Assembly: GCF_004010195.1 (NCBI RefSeq)
Contig: NC_057717.1
Coordinates: 103,481,026-103,543,438 of the forward strand
Origin: Chiloscyllium plagiosum
Lineage: Eukaryota
DNA: 62,413 nt
Direction of reading: 5' to 3'
The notes beneath the pieces were generated by a model. It saw only the letters and a list, made by a program, of their open reading frames with translations. It was not told where the DNA came from and ran no database searches. The position numbers and the translations under genes are program-made. This document shows, piece after piece, positions 1 through 12,617 of this stretch (within the stretch, counting starts at the first letter, position 1; every line of letters starts with the position of its first letter).

Positions 1-1370
1 ATTTGGATGTGAACATAGGAGATATGGTTAGTACATTTGCAGATGGCAATTGGTGGTGTAGTGGACGGCAAAGGAGGCTACCTCAGAGTACAACTCCTTG
101 ATCAGATGGGCTGATGAGTGGCATTTGGAATTTAATCTAGATAAATGTTGAGGTGTTGCATTTGGAAAGGCAAATCAGGGCAGGGACTCATACAGGCTGA
201 GCGTGACCTTACAGAGGTTTATAAAATTATGAGGGGCATGGAAAGGGTAAATAGAAAAGGTTGCTTCCTTGGGGGCTAGAATTGGAGGGTATAGGTTTAG
301 GGTGAGAGGGGAAAGATTTAAAAAGGACCTAAGGGGCAACTCTTTCACGCAGAGGGTGGCGCGTGTATGGAATGAGCTGCCAGAGCAAGTGATAGAGGCT
401 GGTACAGTTACAACATTTAAAAGGCATCTAGATGGGTATATGAATAGGAAGGGTTTGGAGGGGTATGGGCCAAGTGCTGGCAAATGGGACTAGATTAATT
501 TAGAATATTTAGACGGCATGGACGATTTGAACCGAAGGATCTGTTTCCATGCTGTACATCTGTATGACTCCATGTATCTAATGGTAAGGTCCTATGGAGT
601 GTTGTTGAACAGAGATACCTTGGAGTGCAGGTTCATAGCTCCTTGAAAGTAGAGTCACAGGTAGATAGGATAGTGAAGAAGGCCTTTGGTATGCTCGCCT
701 TTATTGGTCAGTGCATTGAGTATAGGAGTTGGGAGGTCTTGTTGTGGCTGTACAGGTCATTGGTTAGGCCACTTTTGGAATAGTTCATGCAGTTCTGCTT
801 TCCCTGAAGGGATGACCTTATAGAGGTTTATAAAATCATGAAGGACATGGTTAGGACAAATAGCCAACATCATTTCCCCAGCATAGGTGAGTCCAAAACT
901 AGAGGGCGTAGGTTTAACGTGAGAGGGGAAAGATATAAAGGGGACCTAAGGGGCAACATTTTTATATAAAGGGTGGTGCGTGTATGGAACGAGTTGCCAG
1001 AGGAAGTGGTGGAGGCTGGTACAGTTACAACATTGAAAAGTTTTCAGGATGGGTACATGAATAGAAAGGGTTTGGAGGGAATTTGGCCAAATGTTGGCAA
1101 ATGGGACTGGATGAGTTGAGGATATTTGGTTCTTCTCAGAGAGGGTGGTTTGTGTGTGGAATGAACTGCCAGAGAGAGGAAGTGGTAGATGCAGGTACAG
1201 TAGCATCATTTAAAACACTCTTAGACAGGTACATGAACGGGAAAGGTTAAGAGGGATATGGACCAAACGCAGCCACGTGAGAGCAGTTTAGTTCGGGAAC
1301 CTTGGTCAGCGTGAAAAAGTTGGACTGAATGGTCTGTTTCCGTGCTGTACAGCTCTATGACTTCATAGCT
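1..1370 (+). mobile_element. Cluster of truncated CR1 (HER1-like) LINE 3' fragments
   Basis: RT C-terminal peptides (RFRVRGERFKKDLRGNSFTQRVARVWNELPE) and repeated 3' tails ending ctgtttccatgctgta...ctatgact. Confidence 0.9.
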
Positions 1371-1939
1371 GAAATACTCCACCCCAGGCAACATTCTGGT
1401 TGCAAATGACTGTCCATTTTCAGTGGTTAGAAATACTTTTCAACAGCTTGAGGATCACTTTGTCATCCTCGCATCTTAATGTGACATTCCCCTGGGGTCC
1501 AAACTGAACCAGTTAATTCAAATATATATGGTTAAATTTGGGAGCAGATTTATTTCCAACACAGTTCATTCATCTTTGGAAGCTATCTGTATCTGACTTG
1601 TGCTCAATGACGCACATTACATCAGTGTACTGTACTTGCAGGACATGCTTAGATTTCATTTTTCAATTGATTTTGTCCTGCCATACATATCTTGTCTACT
1701 AACCCCAATTTGATCCATTAGCTGGTTAAATCTGTGCAGATTTAATTATAAAATTGCAGTGATAACATTTCCTGTGCTCTCTTTCCCTCAAAGCAAGATT
1801 GCTGAAGGTTACGATCCTTCACAATGGACAGGAAGGAAGACAATATATGCTCTTGCATTGCACCTGAGATGTAAAACCGGGCACGTCTTACGCTAATCCA
1901 GGCTCTCTATAAATGCAAGTTGACAATGCAGCCACAGTC

Positions 1940-2165
1940 AGCTTAGGTCACACTGTCATCTCTGAGTCAGAAGATTGTGTGTTCCAAAACCACCCCAGGG
2001 CTCTGAGCGCAGTGAATGAAGGCTTCATTCGCGCTCTCTGGAAGATGTGCAAATTGAGGGAGTCGTCCCGATACAATGCCTAATATTTACCCCTCAATCA
2101 ACAGGATACAGAGGGTCACGATCACGTAGCTATTTGTGGGAGCTTTTATGTGCACAAATTACAGT
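1940..2165 (+). mobile_element. Degenerate DeuSINE-like SINE
   Basis: tRNA-like head remnant followed by a Deu-domain-like segment (taatatttacccctcaatcaaca...tttgtgggagc). Confidence 0.5.
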
Positions 2166-2384
2166 ATAGTCACAACACTGGCATCTACCTGACAATGTGG
2201 AAAATTGCCCAAGTGTATCCCGTGCATAAAAAGCGGTCTGAGGTTACCATGAAGGATTCTCGCTCCCAACCTCACCCCTCGCCTGAGGGATGGTGACCCT
2301 CAGCTTAAATCGACGCCAGATGTCTCTCTTTAATAAGGGAGCAGTAAGGCTATGGTGGTTTTATCTCTATAGTGTACAACAGAG

Positions 2385-2785
2385 AATTTGATTTATTCTT
2401 GTCACATGTACCTAAGTACAGTGAAATGTTTTGTTTTGTGTGCAGTAAAGGCAGATCATACCATACAGAGATCATGAGGTGATTGAACAGAGTGAGGAAT
2501 TCAGCTGCAGGGAAGGAGCACTAAAAATAAGATCAACATTAGATTTGAAATTTGAGAGGTCCATTCAGAAGCCTAATAACAGCGGGGAAGGAGCTGTTCT
2601 TGAATCAGTTGGTGCATGTGTTTAAGTTTTTGTATCTTCTGCCCGATGGAAGAGGTTGGAAGAGAGTATACCAAGGAGGGGTGAGGGGTCTTTGATGATG
2701 TTGGCTACCTTCCCGAGGCAGTAGGAAGTGTAGATGGAGTCAGTGGATGCGAGGCTGGTTAGCGTGATGGACTGGGCGTGGTCCT
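2385..2785 (-). mobile_element. Rex1/Babar-like LINE 3' fragment
   Basis: Same family as 35155-35720, with RT C-terminal remnant and aataaatcaaat tail. Confidence 0.7.
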
Positions 2786-3102
2786 ATCAGTGAAAACCAG
2801 GCTGCAGCATACCCCTGATGCCTGATTTGCAATATCACGAAGGATGAAAAATCCTTCTTCCGAATCGCAGTGACTGGAAAGGCAGACTCCATGGGAGAAT
2901 ACCTGCTATTGGACAACAACTGAGTGGCAGAGAAGAAAATAGTAGAGTTGTACAGTCGTGTCAAATAATTGCCATCAAATAACATGCAACACTTTCAGTG
3001 CTTTCCACTTAACAGTAATACAGAACTTCTCAAGATTAAAGAAAACTACTCATGATTCTGAAAATGTCATTTGGACTCGAAACGCCAACTCGGTATCTCT
3101 AT

Positions 3103-3192
3103 GGGTGTAAGTTTGTTTGCTGAGCTGGAAGGTTTGTTTTCATGAAAATGAACCTTCCAGCTCAGCGAGCAAACCTACATCCAGAACCTCCT
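3103..3192. mobile_element. Penelope-like element terminal fold-back remnant
   Basis: Inverted arms gtttgtttgctgagctggaaggtt / aaccttccagctcagcgagcaaac. Same terminus family as 24445-24708 and 60320-61168. Confidence 0.7.
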
Positions 3193-3224
3193 ACCGCCCA
3201 ACTGCGGTGGTGCTTACTTTCCCC

Positions 3225-3583
3225 CAGCACCCATGTTGCACGTGTGCAGGTGTGAGACACAGTGAAAGACACATGGTGCACAAATCTTTATTCAGTTTTC
3301 ACCACCAGGAAGAAAGGAAACACCCAAGTGGCCAGTGACAAGCAACTCTCCTGTTTATAGCTGTCAGCTAGGGCTCCCTAATTGGACCTAATTAACAGCC
3401 CCAGTCAGGGAACTCAGATTCTATGAGGTCCACCAGGTTGACCTCAATACAATCACCAACTATGCAAAGAGTGATGAGAATGTCGAACTTGCTGTTTTGT
3501 CAGTGGCCCCAGCCCGTGTACTGTGCATGTATAAATAAAAGGTCACTTGGTGAAGGGATACTGGCCTCTGTGCACTTATTTCA
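3225..3583. mobile_element. Rearranged pieces of a short solo-LTR family
   Basis: 3340-3458 is the reverse complement of the 5' half of the LTR at 9648-9875. 3500-3583 matches its 3' end (aataaa...acttggtga...tatttca). Confidence 0.55.
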
Positions 3584-3644
3584 GCAAAGTCTGATCCAGT
3601 ATCTGTAACCGCAGGAGGATTTGGATTTGGATTTGGATATGAAT

Positions 3645-6140
3645 GTTGAAAGATGCAGGACATTTAGGAAGACCATAAAGCTGGAGAAGGTGGAGGTGTA
3701 GCAGTGTTAATTAATGACGGCATTAGCACAATAGAGAGCAATGACTTAAGTTTCGGAAAGCAGGGTAAAGAAGTGGTTTGGGTAGAGATGAGGAATCATA
3801 AAGGCAAGAAGTGGGGTTGTGGGAGTGGTCTACAAGCCTTCCACCAGTAACTACATGGTGGGATAGACAACGAGAGAAGAAATAATGGGAACCCATCAAC
3901 AGTGAGAATCATGGAGGATTTTAATTTACATATAGCCTGGAAAAAATCAGATGGGCAAAGGTAGCCTAGATGACAAGTTCATAAAATGTTTTCAGGATAG
4001 CTTCTTAGTGCAGAAGGTAGCCAAGAGCACTTTGGGTGGATGGGGGTGGGAATGAAGGTGATAGGTCTGAGCTGGAAGGTTGGAACTGAGGAAACTGGTG
4101 AAGTCCACATTGATGCCCTGGGGTTGAAGTGTTCCGAGGTGGAAAATGAGGCGTTCTTCCTCCAGGCATCGGGTGGTGAAGGAGGCCCGGACCTGCATGT
4201 CCTCGGCAGAGTGGGAGGGGGAGCTGAAATGTTGGGCCACGGGGTTGGTTGGTGCGGGTGTCCCAGAGAGGTTCCATAAAGCGGTCTGCGAGGAGGCGTC
4301 CAGTCTCCCCAATGTAGAGGTGACCGCATCGCGAGCAACGGATACAATAAATGATATTGGTGGATGTGCAGGTAAAACTTTGATGGATGTGGAAGGCTCC
4401 TTTGGGGCCTTGGATGGAGGTGAGGGAGGAGGTGTGGGCGCAGGTTTTGCAATTCCTGCGGTGGTAGGGGAAGGTGGGCCAGTAGAAAGTGAGAATGTGG
4501 AATTAATAATGGAAAGCAAGGTAGGAGAATTGAACAGACCTTTTTTGTATTGGTTTTCTGACGGGATAAAAGTTACCTCCCAGAAATAGCGAGAAGCTTG
4601 AAAATAACTTGAAGAGAAGACTGAAGAAAAGGGAAATGGTTTTGAGTAAATTGTTGGAGCTGCAGGCTGAGGTCTTTGAAGAAAAAGCTGCTTAGATAGT
4701 TAATGCCTTAGTTTTATTATTTAAGATCTGTGGATCTGGGGAAGGTTCTAGTAGAATGGAAACCAGCCAGTGTAACTCCATTCTTAAAAAACAGAAGGTG
4801 ATATCAAACAGGAAACTACAGGTCAGTTAGTTTAACATCTGGCATACAGAAGACATGTTATTGTGGGACATTTAGAAAAGTGCAAGATTATCAGACAGAA
4901 TCAACATAGTTTTGTCAAAGGGAAATCAAGTATGACCAATTTATTGGAATTCTTTGAAAAGCAACACGTGTTGTGGAAACAAAGCATAGTTGTAGATATA
5001 CTGCACTTCAATTTCAAGCAGGCATTTGATAAGGAGGTTCTTCAAAGGTTAATTTTGAAAATAAAAGCTCATTGTGGAGGGAGAAGGGATAGGAATTTGG
5101 CTGGCGAACTGAAAATGAAGGGTCGTAATAAATCAATCATTTTTTTCAGTTGGCAGTTGTGCGACAGAGAGATCAGTACTGGACCTCAATGTTTGAAAAG
5201 TTAAATAAATGGTCAAAATTATGGTTGTTATATTTGCTGAGGACATAAAAATAGTTGGGAAGATGAATTCTGAAGAGGAAATAAGGAGGCCACAAAGGGA
5301 AACGGATAAGTTAAGTGAGTGGACAAGGATATGGAGAATGGGGCAGATGTAGGAAAACATGAAATTGTCAGTACTGACAGGGAAGTGAAAAAGCATGATG
5401 TCTAAATGATGAAAGGTCACAGAGCTCTGAGAATACAGAGGAATCTACTGTCCAAGTGCATGAACTGCAAAAAGTTAGTATACAGATACAGCAAGTAATT
5501 GGAAAAATTAATAGAGTAATAGCATTATTGTGAGGGGAATTGAATATAAAATCAGGAAGGTTATGCCTCAGTTATACAGAGCACTGGTGAGGCCACACCT
5601 GGAGTACAGCACACAGTATTTGTTCATTTATTTAAAGAAGCATGCGAATGTATTAGAGGCAATTCAATATAGGTTCACTCAACTAATACCTAAAATTTGT
5701 AGATTTTGAGGAAAGCTTGGAGGGAATAAGCTTGTAACCACCGGAGTTTAAAAAGGTGACTTAATTAAAACAGGTAAGATGCCGAGGGGTCTCTTGATCA
5801 AGTAGATATGGAGGGGACGTTTCTTGTGGAAGAACCGAGAACTAGAGCTCACTGTTTAAAAACAGTTTTAAAGTTAATTTAAGACTAGGGTGAGGCAAAA
5901 TGTTTTCTCTCAGAATGTTGAGAGTCTTTGGAACTCTCTTCCTGAAAGGCAGTGAAAGTAACATCTTTGAATATTTTAAAATAGAGATAGAGACGGATCC
6001 TTGATAACGCAAGGGGTGAAAGGTTGTCTGGGGTAGATAGGATTGTGGAGTAAGCAGATCAGCTAGGATATTATTGAATGGTACAACAGATTGGGAGAGT
6101 TGAGTGGTCTACTGTTGCCGTGAATTCATGTTTGTATGAT
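3645..6140 (+). mobile_element. Old degenerate CR1 LINE (ORF2 remnants), interrupted by a PLE fragment
   Basis: Peptides QNQHSFVKGKSSMTNLLEFFE and FKQAFDK, with many stops and frameshifts, and a CR1-type 3' end. Confidence 0.85.
4033..4465 (-). pseudogene. Penelope-like (Neptune-type) GIY-YIG endonuclease fragment
   Basis: Minus strand reads CKTCAHTS...SFTCTSTNIIYCIRCSRCGHLYIGETGRLLADRF, then after a frameshift PVAQHF...EERLIFHLGTLQPQGINVDF. This is a GIY-YIG motif preceded by a Cys-rich linker. Confidence 0.88.
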
Positions 6141-7382
6141 TTGCCCTATGTTAGCACTAATTAGAGAATGATTCCTCTGTAACTATAACAACACCCTTGA
6201 TGTGATAACTGCAAAATAAGACTTACCTAATTATTGATGACCACCTCAAAGGCAATGCTGACTGTATATAAGGCTCAAACTGCACAATAAGAATTACTTA
6301 TTCATCTTGTTGCTGTCAGACTCCCCACTGGTGACCAGGGCAGTTTAACCTCTTCCTGGAAATACAGAAACGATAGTTCATGCATTTGCCTTATGGAGTA
6401 TCTCACACAACTGGAACCCACAACATGAATGCTTTCATTACAAAGATGTTGGATTCAGAACTTTAAGATGGAGAGCAGTACTTCAACTCTCTGAGGATTA
6501 ATTAGAGATCTGAAGGCATGCAAAAGTGTCTGTTCTTGGATTAAAAATAGACAGATTGTACTGTGCTGAACATTTCCCTTAGTCCATCGTTTGAACCTTT
6601 GGCTCTCTGATGGACTTAAACTCCAATAAAAACAGATGGCCAAAACAGTTACCCTGACAAACATGTTCTGAGGTATTTCATCTCCAAATTTAAGCATTGA
6701 ACCATTCCCTCGTCTGTCTTTTCTTCACCCATTCGTGTAAAAACCTCAGTGGGCAGACTATGGATGAATGCGTAGTGCTAAGTTTAATTGTGACCTATTT
6801 GACTGTTGCCAGATACCACAACTGGAGTGGTGCTGTTACTAGTCAAAAAGCCATGAGTTCAAGACCCACCTTAGGCAGCATATGGATTTCAAATGATTTT
6901 GAAAAAGTGCAAGGATCAGATCAGTAAAAACGAGAGGAACCTGTTGGGGGTGAGGGTCACTATCATAAATAAAACCTGCTGTCCTTGCCTAGCCTGAGGC
7001 TTAACACCAAGTACCCTTCAGTTACGTCAAAGTCATACCACCATCTTCACAAAGCTGAGCAATAAATGATAATCTTGTCAGTCAAGTCCTCATGCTGAGA
7101 GTTAATATTTTAGAATCTCCATACAAACTGATCATATTTCATAACAATGATGCAGACTTACCTTGCAAAAAAGCCCTGAGCTCAGGAGCATCCCTGCTCC
7201 TCAGATTAAGGTGAGGAGCAGGGACAGGGAGAAAAAGCAGCACTGAGGTCATCCCTTTCTAAACTTTGCCCAAAAACATTTACTGAATCTACTTAATTAC
7301 TTTTTAACACACAGTCTCTTCTAATGTGGGATATACAGCAGCCTTTTTGCCTGATTAGTCTCATAGAATCGAGGGTAATAGA

Positions 7383-7387
7383 CAGAT

Positions 7388-7449
<62 letters not shown>

Positions 7450-7472
7450 GAAGAAAGAAAGGAAGGAAGAGA
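7383..7472. repeat. (GAAA)n/(GGAA)n microsatellite
   Basis: Read directly from the sequence. Confidence 0.97.
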
Positions 7473-7651
7473 GAAGGAAATAAATTGGCTACCTGTATTT
7501 GCAAAAATACAGTAAAAACATGTATAGATCGCTACAAAAGAGCACCATTTAATACCATAAATTATACATTTAAGAAAAGACAATTCAACAAATGACATTT
7601 ATTCCATTCATTCCATGGCCTCTTGGCTTCACACATTGACCACCACCAAGG

Positions 7652-8620
7652 ACTGGGGCTCATCCAACTGTCGATGACCAGGGCCTATCCAACTCTCGAT
7701 GACCAGGGCCTATCCAACTGTCGATGACTGGGGCCGATCCAACTATCGATGACTGGGGCCTATCCAACTGTCGATGACTGGGGCTTATCCAAATGTCGAT
7801 GATTGGGGTCTTTCCAACTGTCAATGACCGGGGCTTATTCAACTGCCGAGGACTGAGGCCTATCCACTGGCAATGACCAGGACCTACCCAACTGTCGATG
7901 ACCAGGGCTTACCCAACTGTCGATGACCAGGGCCTACCCAACTGTTGATGACCGGGGCTTATCCAACTGTCGAGGATCAGGGCCTATCCAACTGTCAAAG
8001 AACAGGGCCTATCCAACTGTCGAGGACTGGGGCCTATCCAACTGTTGATGACCGGGGCCTATCCAACTGTCGATGACCGGGGCCTATCCAACTGTCGAGG
8101 ACCGGGGCCTATCCAACTGTCGATGACCGGGGCCTATCCAACTGTCGATGACCGGGGCCTATCCAACTGTCGATGACCGGGGCCTATCCAACTGTCGATG
8201 ACCGGGGCCTATCCAACTGTCGATGACCGGGGCCTATCCAACTGTCGATGACCGGGGCCTATCCAACTGTCGATGACCGGGGCCTATCCAACTGTCGATG
8301 ACCGGGGCCTATCCAACTGTCGATGACCGGGGCCTATCCAACTGTCGATGACCGGGGCCTATCCAACTGTCGATGACCGGGGCCTATCCAACTGTCGATG
8401 ACTGGGGCCTATCCAACTGTCGAGGACTGGGGCCTATCCAACTGTCAATGATCAGGGCCTACCCAACTGTCGATGACCAGGGCCTATCCAAATGTAGATG
8501 ACAGGGGCCTATCCAACTGTCGATGACCGGGGCCTATCCAACTGTCAATGACCGGGGCCTATCCAACTGTCAATGACCAGGGCCTATCCAACTGTCGATG
8601 ACCAGGGCTTGTCCAACTGC
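7652..8620. repeat. 25-bp minisatellite (ACCGGGGCCTATCCAACTGTCGATG)n, ~39 copies
   Basis: Period 25. The centre (~8100-8400) is perfect and the edges are divergent. Confidence 0.97.
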
Positions 8621-9224
8621 AGAGTACCAGGGTATATCAAAACCACAGTGGACCAGAGCATGTCGAAGCCGCTTAGGCCTGGGGCATGTTGAAGCCGCTG
8701 AGCACTGGCGCATGTTGAAACCAATAAGGACAGGGGCACATTGAAACCACTGAGGTCCTGAAGCCCAACAAAATTTCAGAGGACCGAGATCTGTCCAACC
8801 AAAACTGCCCCACCTCATCAACAGAAAAAAGTAAAGCTGAACTTGATACAAAAGGTGAAATTAAGAAATAATAAAAATAAGAAGGAATAATTTAGAAAAG
8901 AAGGTTGTGTTTGGACAGCCAAAAGGGAGCTGATGGGCCAGGGTCCCAGACATTACCTAACCTGCTGTCAGTCCCATATTGTCAATGGAGTCATGGTGAT
9001 GTCGCTGGGTTAGTAATCCAACAACCCAATCGTAACACTGGGGTTAAAATCCCATTACTGCAGCTGATGGAAGCAAAGCACTGGCCATGCTAAATTACCC
9101 ATAGTGCCCAGGGATGTGCAAGTTAAGGTGGATTGGCCATGCTAATTTGCCACATAGTGCCGAGGGATGTGCCTGGGGGCTGGACTTTCAGATTAATGTT
9201 TATTTGAGTGAGATTATTAGTGAA

Positions 9225-9545
9225 AATAACAAAGAACTGTGGATGCTGGGAATCAGAAATTTCTGGGAAAATTCAGCAGGTCTAGCAGAATCTGTGGAGA
9301 GAGAAAGTGGAGTTAGTGTTTCGGGTCCGAGAACATCCATCAATAGCATGTGGTCCACCGTAACTTCAAGTGATGTCTCACACACAATCTTCCTCTTTTC
9401 AGCTCACATTTTACAGAGAATCACCAGAGATGCTCCAAAGATGAAGAACACCCTCATCAGACTCGAAACATTAACCCTGTTTCTCTCTCCTTGGACACTA
9501 CCAGACCTGCTGAGTTTCTCCAGCACTTTCAGTTTTTATGTATGA
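9225..9545. mobile_element. Penelope-like fold-back element (degenerate)
   Basis: Inverted termini (ctgggaaaattcagcaggtctagcag / ccagacctgctgagtttctccag) with a decayed hammerhead remnant (gactcgaaacattaac). Confidence 0.65.
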
Positions 9546-9647
9546 AAATCTCATCGATGGTTGTAAAAAATTAACCATTTGATGAACGGCCTTTAGGGAA
9601 GGAAATCTGCCGTCCTTACCCAGTCTGTTCTAAGTTGTGCTGACCAT

Positions 9648-9875
9648 GTAGTGATTGTAACTGGATCAGTCAGGTGGACCTCATAGAATCTGAGTTCCCT
9701 GAGTGGGGCTGTTAACCTGGTCTGGTCAGGGAGCCCTGGCTGACAGATATAAACAGGAGGGTCAGAGGTTTTGTTCACTCAGAAAGCTGGCTCTGAGGGA
9801 GCTGGATCAGTGCCAAGGACTGTATATAAAGGGAGACTTGGTGACAGGTTATCAACCTCTCTGGAGCTATTTCAC
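9648..9875 (+). mobile_element. Short solo LTR (family also at 46325-46647 and 55710-55936)
   Basis: Starts TGTAGTGATTG and ends TATTTCA, with a TATA-like tataaa. Sister copies carry AATAAA near the 3' end. Confidence 0.6.
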
Positions 9876-10109
9876 ACTAAGCTCATAAATATATTTCAAC
9901 AAAGAATGAAAAGTTCCTAGCAAATACCAGGGGAAATAATTTTAAAGAAAGGTTTTATTGGTTAATAAAAATAAGGTATTAAGCAAAGTAGAATCATTAA
10001 TTTGTAAAATTGGTTCAATGTTGCGTGTATTGAGAACCCATTATTGCATCATTGGTATCTACAAGCTCTTTTGCTCTTTTTATTGGCCTTTGGCCATTGC
10101 AGACAAGAC

Positions 10110-10465
10110 TCACACTTATTCTTCTTTCCTCTTTGTCCTTGAGGTGGCGGTAGTGAGGCACCTGTGTCTGAGTGGCTTGCTCGGCCATTTTGGAGGAGAG
10201 TTGACAATCAACCACATCTCTGCAGGTCTGAAGTGACGTGTAGGTTAGACCAGGTAACAATGGCAGATTTCCTTCCCCCTTCCAATTGAGAAAGATTTCT
10301 GTGGCAATCCTGCAGTTTCAAATGAACTAGAGTTGTCATTAATTAATTGAATCTAGATTCCTGCCCTAGTGAGATCTGAACTCGCCTTTCCAGATTTTGT
10401 TTTTCACCCAGACGTCTGGATTACTCGTCAAGTTACGTCTGGTATCATCCAGCACTCACCTAGAA
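10110..10465 (-). mobile_element. tRNA-derived SINE, MetaSINE/SlmI-like (copies also ~6820-7110, 13955-14260, 27240-27765, 49070-49460, 55300-55650)
   Basis: Shared core on the element strand resembles GGAAGGAAATCTGCC..TTACCTGGTCT..CCTACA..TCCAGACC..CAATGTGGTTGA. The 3' tail is shared with the LINE at 15500-16160. Confidence 0.6.
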
Positions 10466-10667
10466 TCACAGAATCAAAAAGTAGAAAAGAGACCATTCAG
10501 CCCAACAAGTACAGCCAAAAATATGCTACTACCTACTTTAGTCCCAATTTCCCAAACTAGGCCCACAGCCCTGAATGTTATGACACTTCAAGTGCTTATC
10601 TGGTACTGTACTGGAAAGTGTTACCCAGGTTATATTCAAGACTCATGTGGGATTTCAACCCAACCAT

Positions 10668-11657
10668 CATAGATTCCCTACAGTGCAGAAAGAGGCCATT
10701 TGATCCATCATGTCTGCGACAATCCCACCACACCTAGTCCCCTATCCTATCCGTAGACACCGCAGACAAATTAGCATGGCCAATCCGCCCTAACCTGCAC
10801 ATCCCTGGGCACTATGGGGCAAATTAGCATGGTCAATTCACCTTAACTAGCACATCTCTGGGCCCTATGGGTAATTTAGCATGGCCAATCCACCTATACC
10901 TGCACATCCCTGGGCACTGTTGCAATTTAGCATGAGGTAAAAACAATGACTGCAGATGCTGGAAACCAGATTCTGGATTAGTGGTGCTGGAAGAGCACAA
11001 CAGTTCAGGCAGCATCCAAGGAGCTGCTGTGCTCTTCCAGCACCACTAATCCAGAATCTGGTTTCCAGCATCTGCAGTCATTGTTTTTACCTCGTTGATT
11101 TTAACCCTACTGCGAATCCTCTTGCAAGGATGCCTGCCTTGAAGAAGTTTTCCTCCTCTCTCTACAAGAATCTCAGGGAGTCCCTCTCCCACTGCAACTC
11201 CCAGGTCATTTCCTATGCTACTTTCTCCCCACCCCCACCCTCCTCTAGCTTATCTCTCCACGCTTCAGGCTGCCTTTATTCCTCATGAAGGACTTTTGCC
11301 TGAAACATCGATTTCGCTGCTCCTTGGATGCTGCCTGAACTGCTGTGCTCTTCCAGCACCACTAATCCAGAATGCAATTTAGCATGGCCAAACCACCTAA
11401 CCTGCACATCCTTGAAACCCAGCATTTCCCATGGCCAATCCGCCTAACCTGTATATCCCTGGGCACTATGGGTAATTTAGCATGGCCAATCCGCCCTTAC
11501 CTGCATATCCCTGTTACCCAATATTTCCCATGGCCAATCCACCCCGACCTGCACATCTTTGGTCTGAGAGGAAACCCACACGGACAATTGCCCAAAGGTG
11601 GGATTGAACCCAGGTTCCTGGCACTGTGAAGCAACAGCTGTAACCACTGAGCCACCC
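10668..11657 (-). mobile_element. HE1-like V-SINE with an internally tandem-amplified ~52-nt segment, interrupted by a PLE
   Basis: tRNA head at 11590-11657, CR1-like tail at 10668-10710, and about 7 copies of aattagcatggccaatccacctaacctgcacatccctgggcactatggg. Confidence 0.85.
10935..11372. mobile_element. Penelope-like element with inverted and direct pLTR pieces; 14-bp TSD
   Basis: TGCAATTTAGCATG at 10921-10934 and 11373-11386. Fold-back at 10935-11093 and a degenerate hammerhead at ~11281-11312. Confidence 0.85.
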
Positions 11658-12617
11658 TTTTGAACTCTGAGTTGAGGGTGCTACACACTGCGTCAAGGCT
11701 AGGACTCAGGCCAGGTACAGGCTGATCTGTAGTTCCCATTGTCTGGCTCTGCCGATCCTGAAGACTCTTGTGTGTGAACAGAAAGGGAAATCCAACCCGA
11801 ACTGGAAAGGGCAGGCCCCCGTGTGTGGTGTTATCGGCTGCAGGGGGAGTCAGCCTTGAACCCTGACACTCAGTGCATGTTTGTACATTATGCCTGCTCC
11901 ATTTTGTTTGGGAGAGCTTGCAAGGCAGGATGATCGATGATATTGTGGGACCTTGGATGAACTGGAAGGCAGTAAATCACGGGGTTGTCGCCTCTGCAGT
12001 TAGACAGAGGGTCACAGTCAATCACAGTACCAATAGCCTTGGAGGAATGTTGCAAACACAGGTTTCTTTGACGCTGTGAGAAATGGTGCATTTTAATCAT
12101 GAGCAAATCTATAGCCAAGTATAGACTTGGCACTGCACATCCCACCTTTTTTGAAAAGGGTCAAATAACTATCCTAGAGATTCAGTTCACATAAGAAGCC
12201 AAACTTTATTATTTCATACACAGAATTTTAAAATGCTCTTTCTTTTCCAACTCATTTTATCTCTCTCCAGTGCTCTGAATTGAATGGAATGATTTATTGC
12301 CGCTTGCCTTTTTACAGTGAATAATGCAGTAAAATACAGTGAAAAGCTTCAACCGCTGCCTCATTCTGGTACCATTTCGAATAGTTTGAGAATAACATGG
12401 TACAACTGAAAGTGAGTCCATCTTCATTCTGATCAGTTTCACCACTGAGCACTGAGCTGCTCACTAGCAATGTCTGTGCCACCATTCCTCCCCCACCCAC
12501 CATTTACACTGGGCCCCACCAATATCAGAATCACTACTCTCCAGGTGCCATCTCTTTGACTTCACTGCTGCCAAGTCCCGTAACCAGGAGTCCCCACTCT
12601 GGGGCTGTCACGACCAC

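Noticed and set aside
7652..8620. CRISPR-like array
   Set aside because: Units are head-to-tail with no unique spacers, there are no cas genes, and the context is vertebrate.
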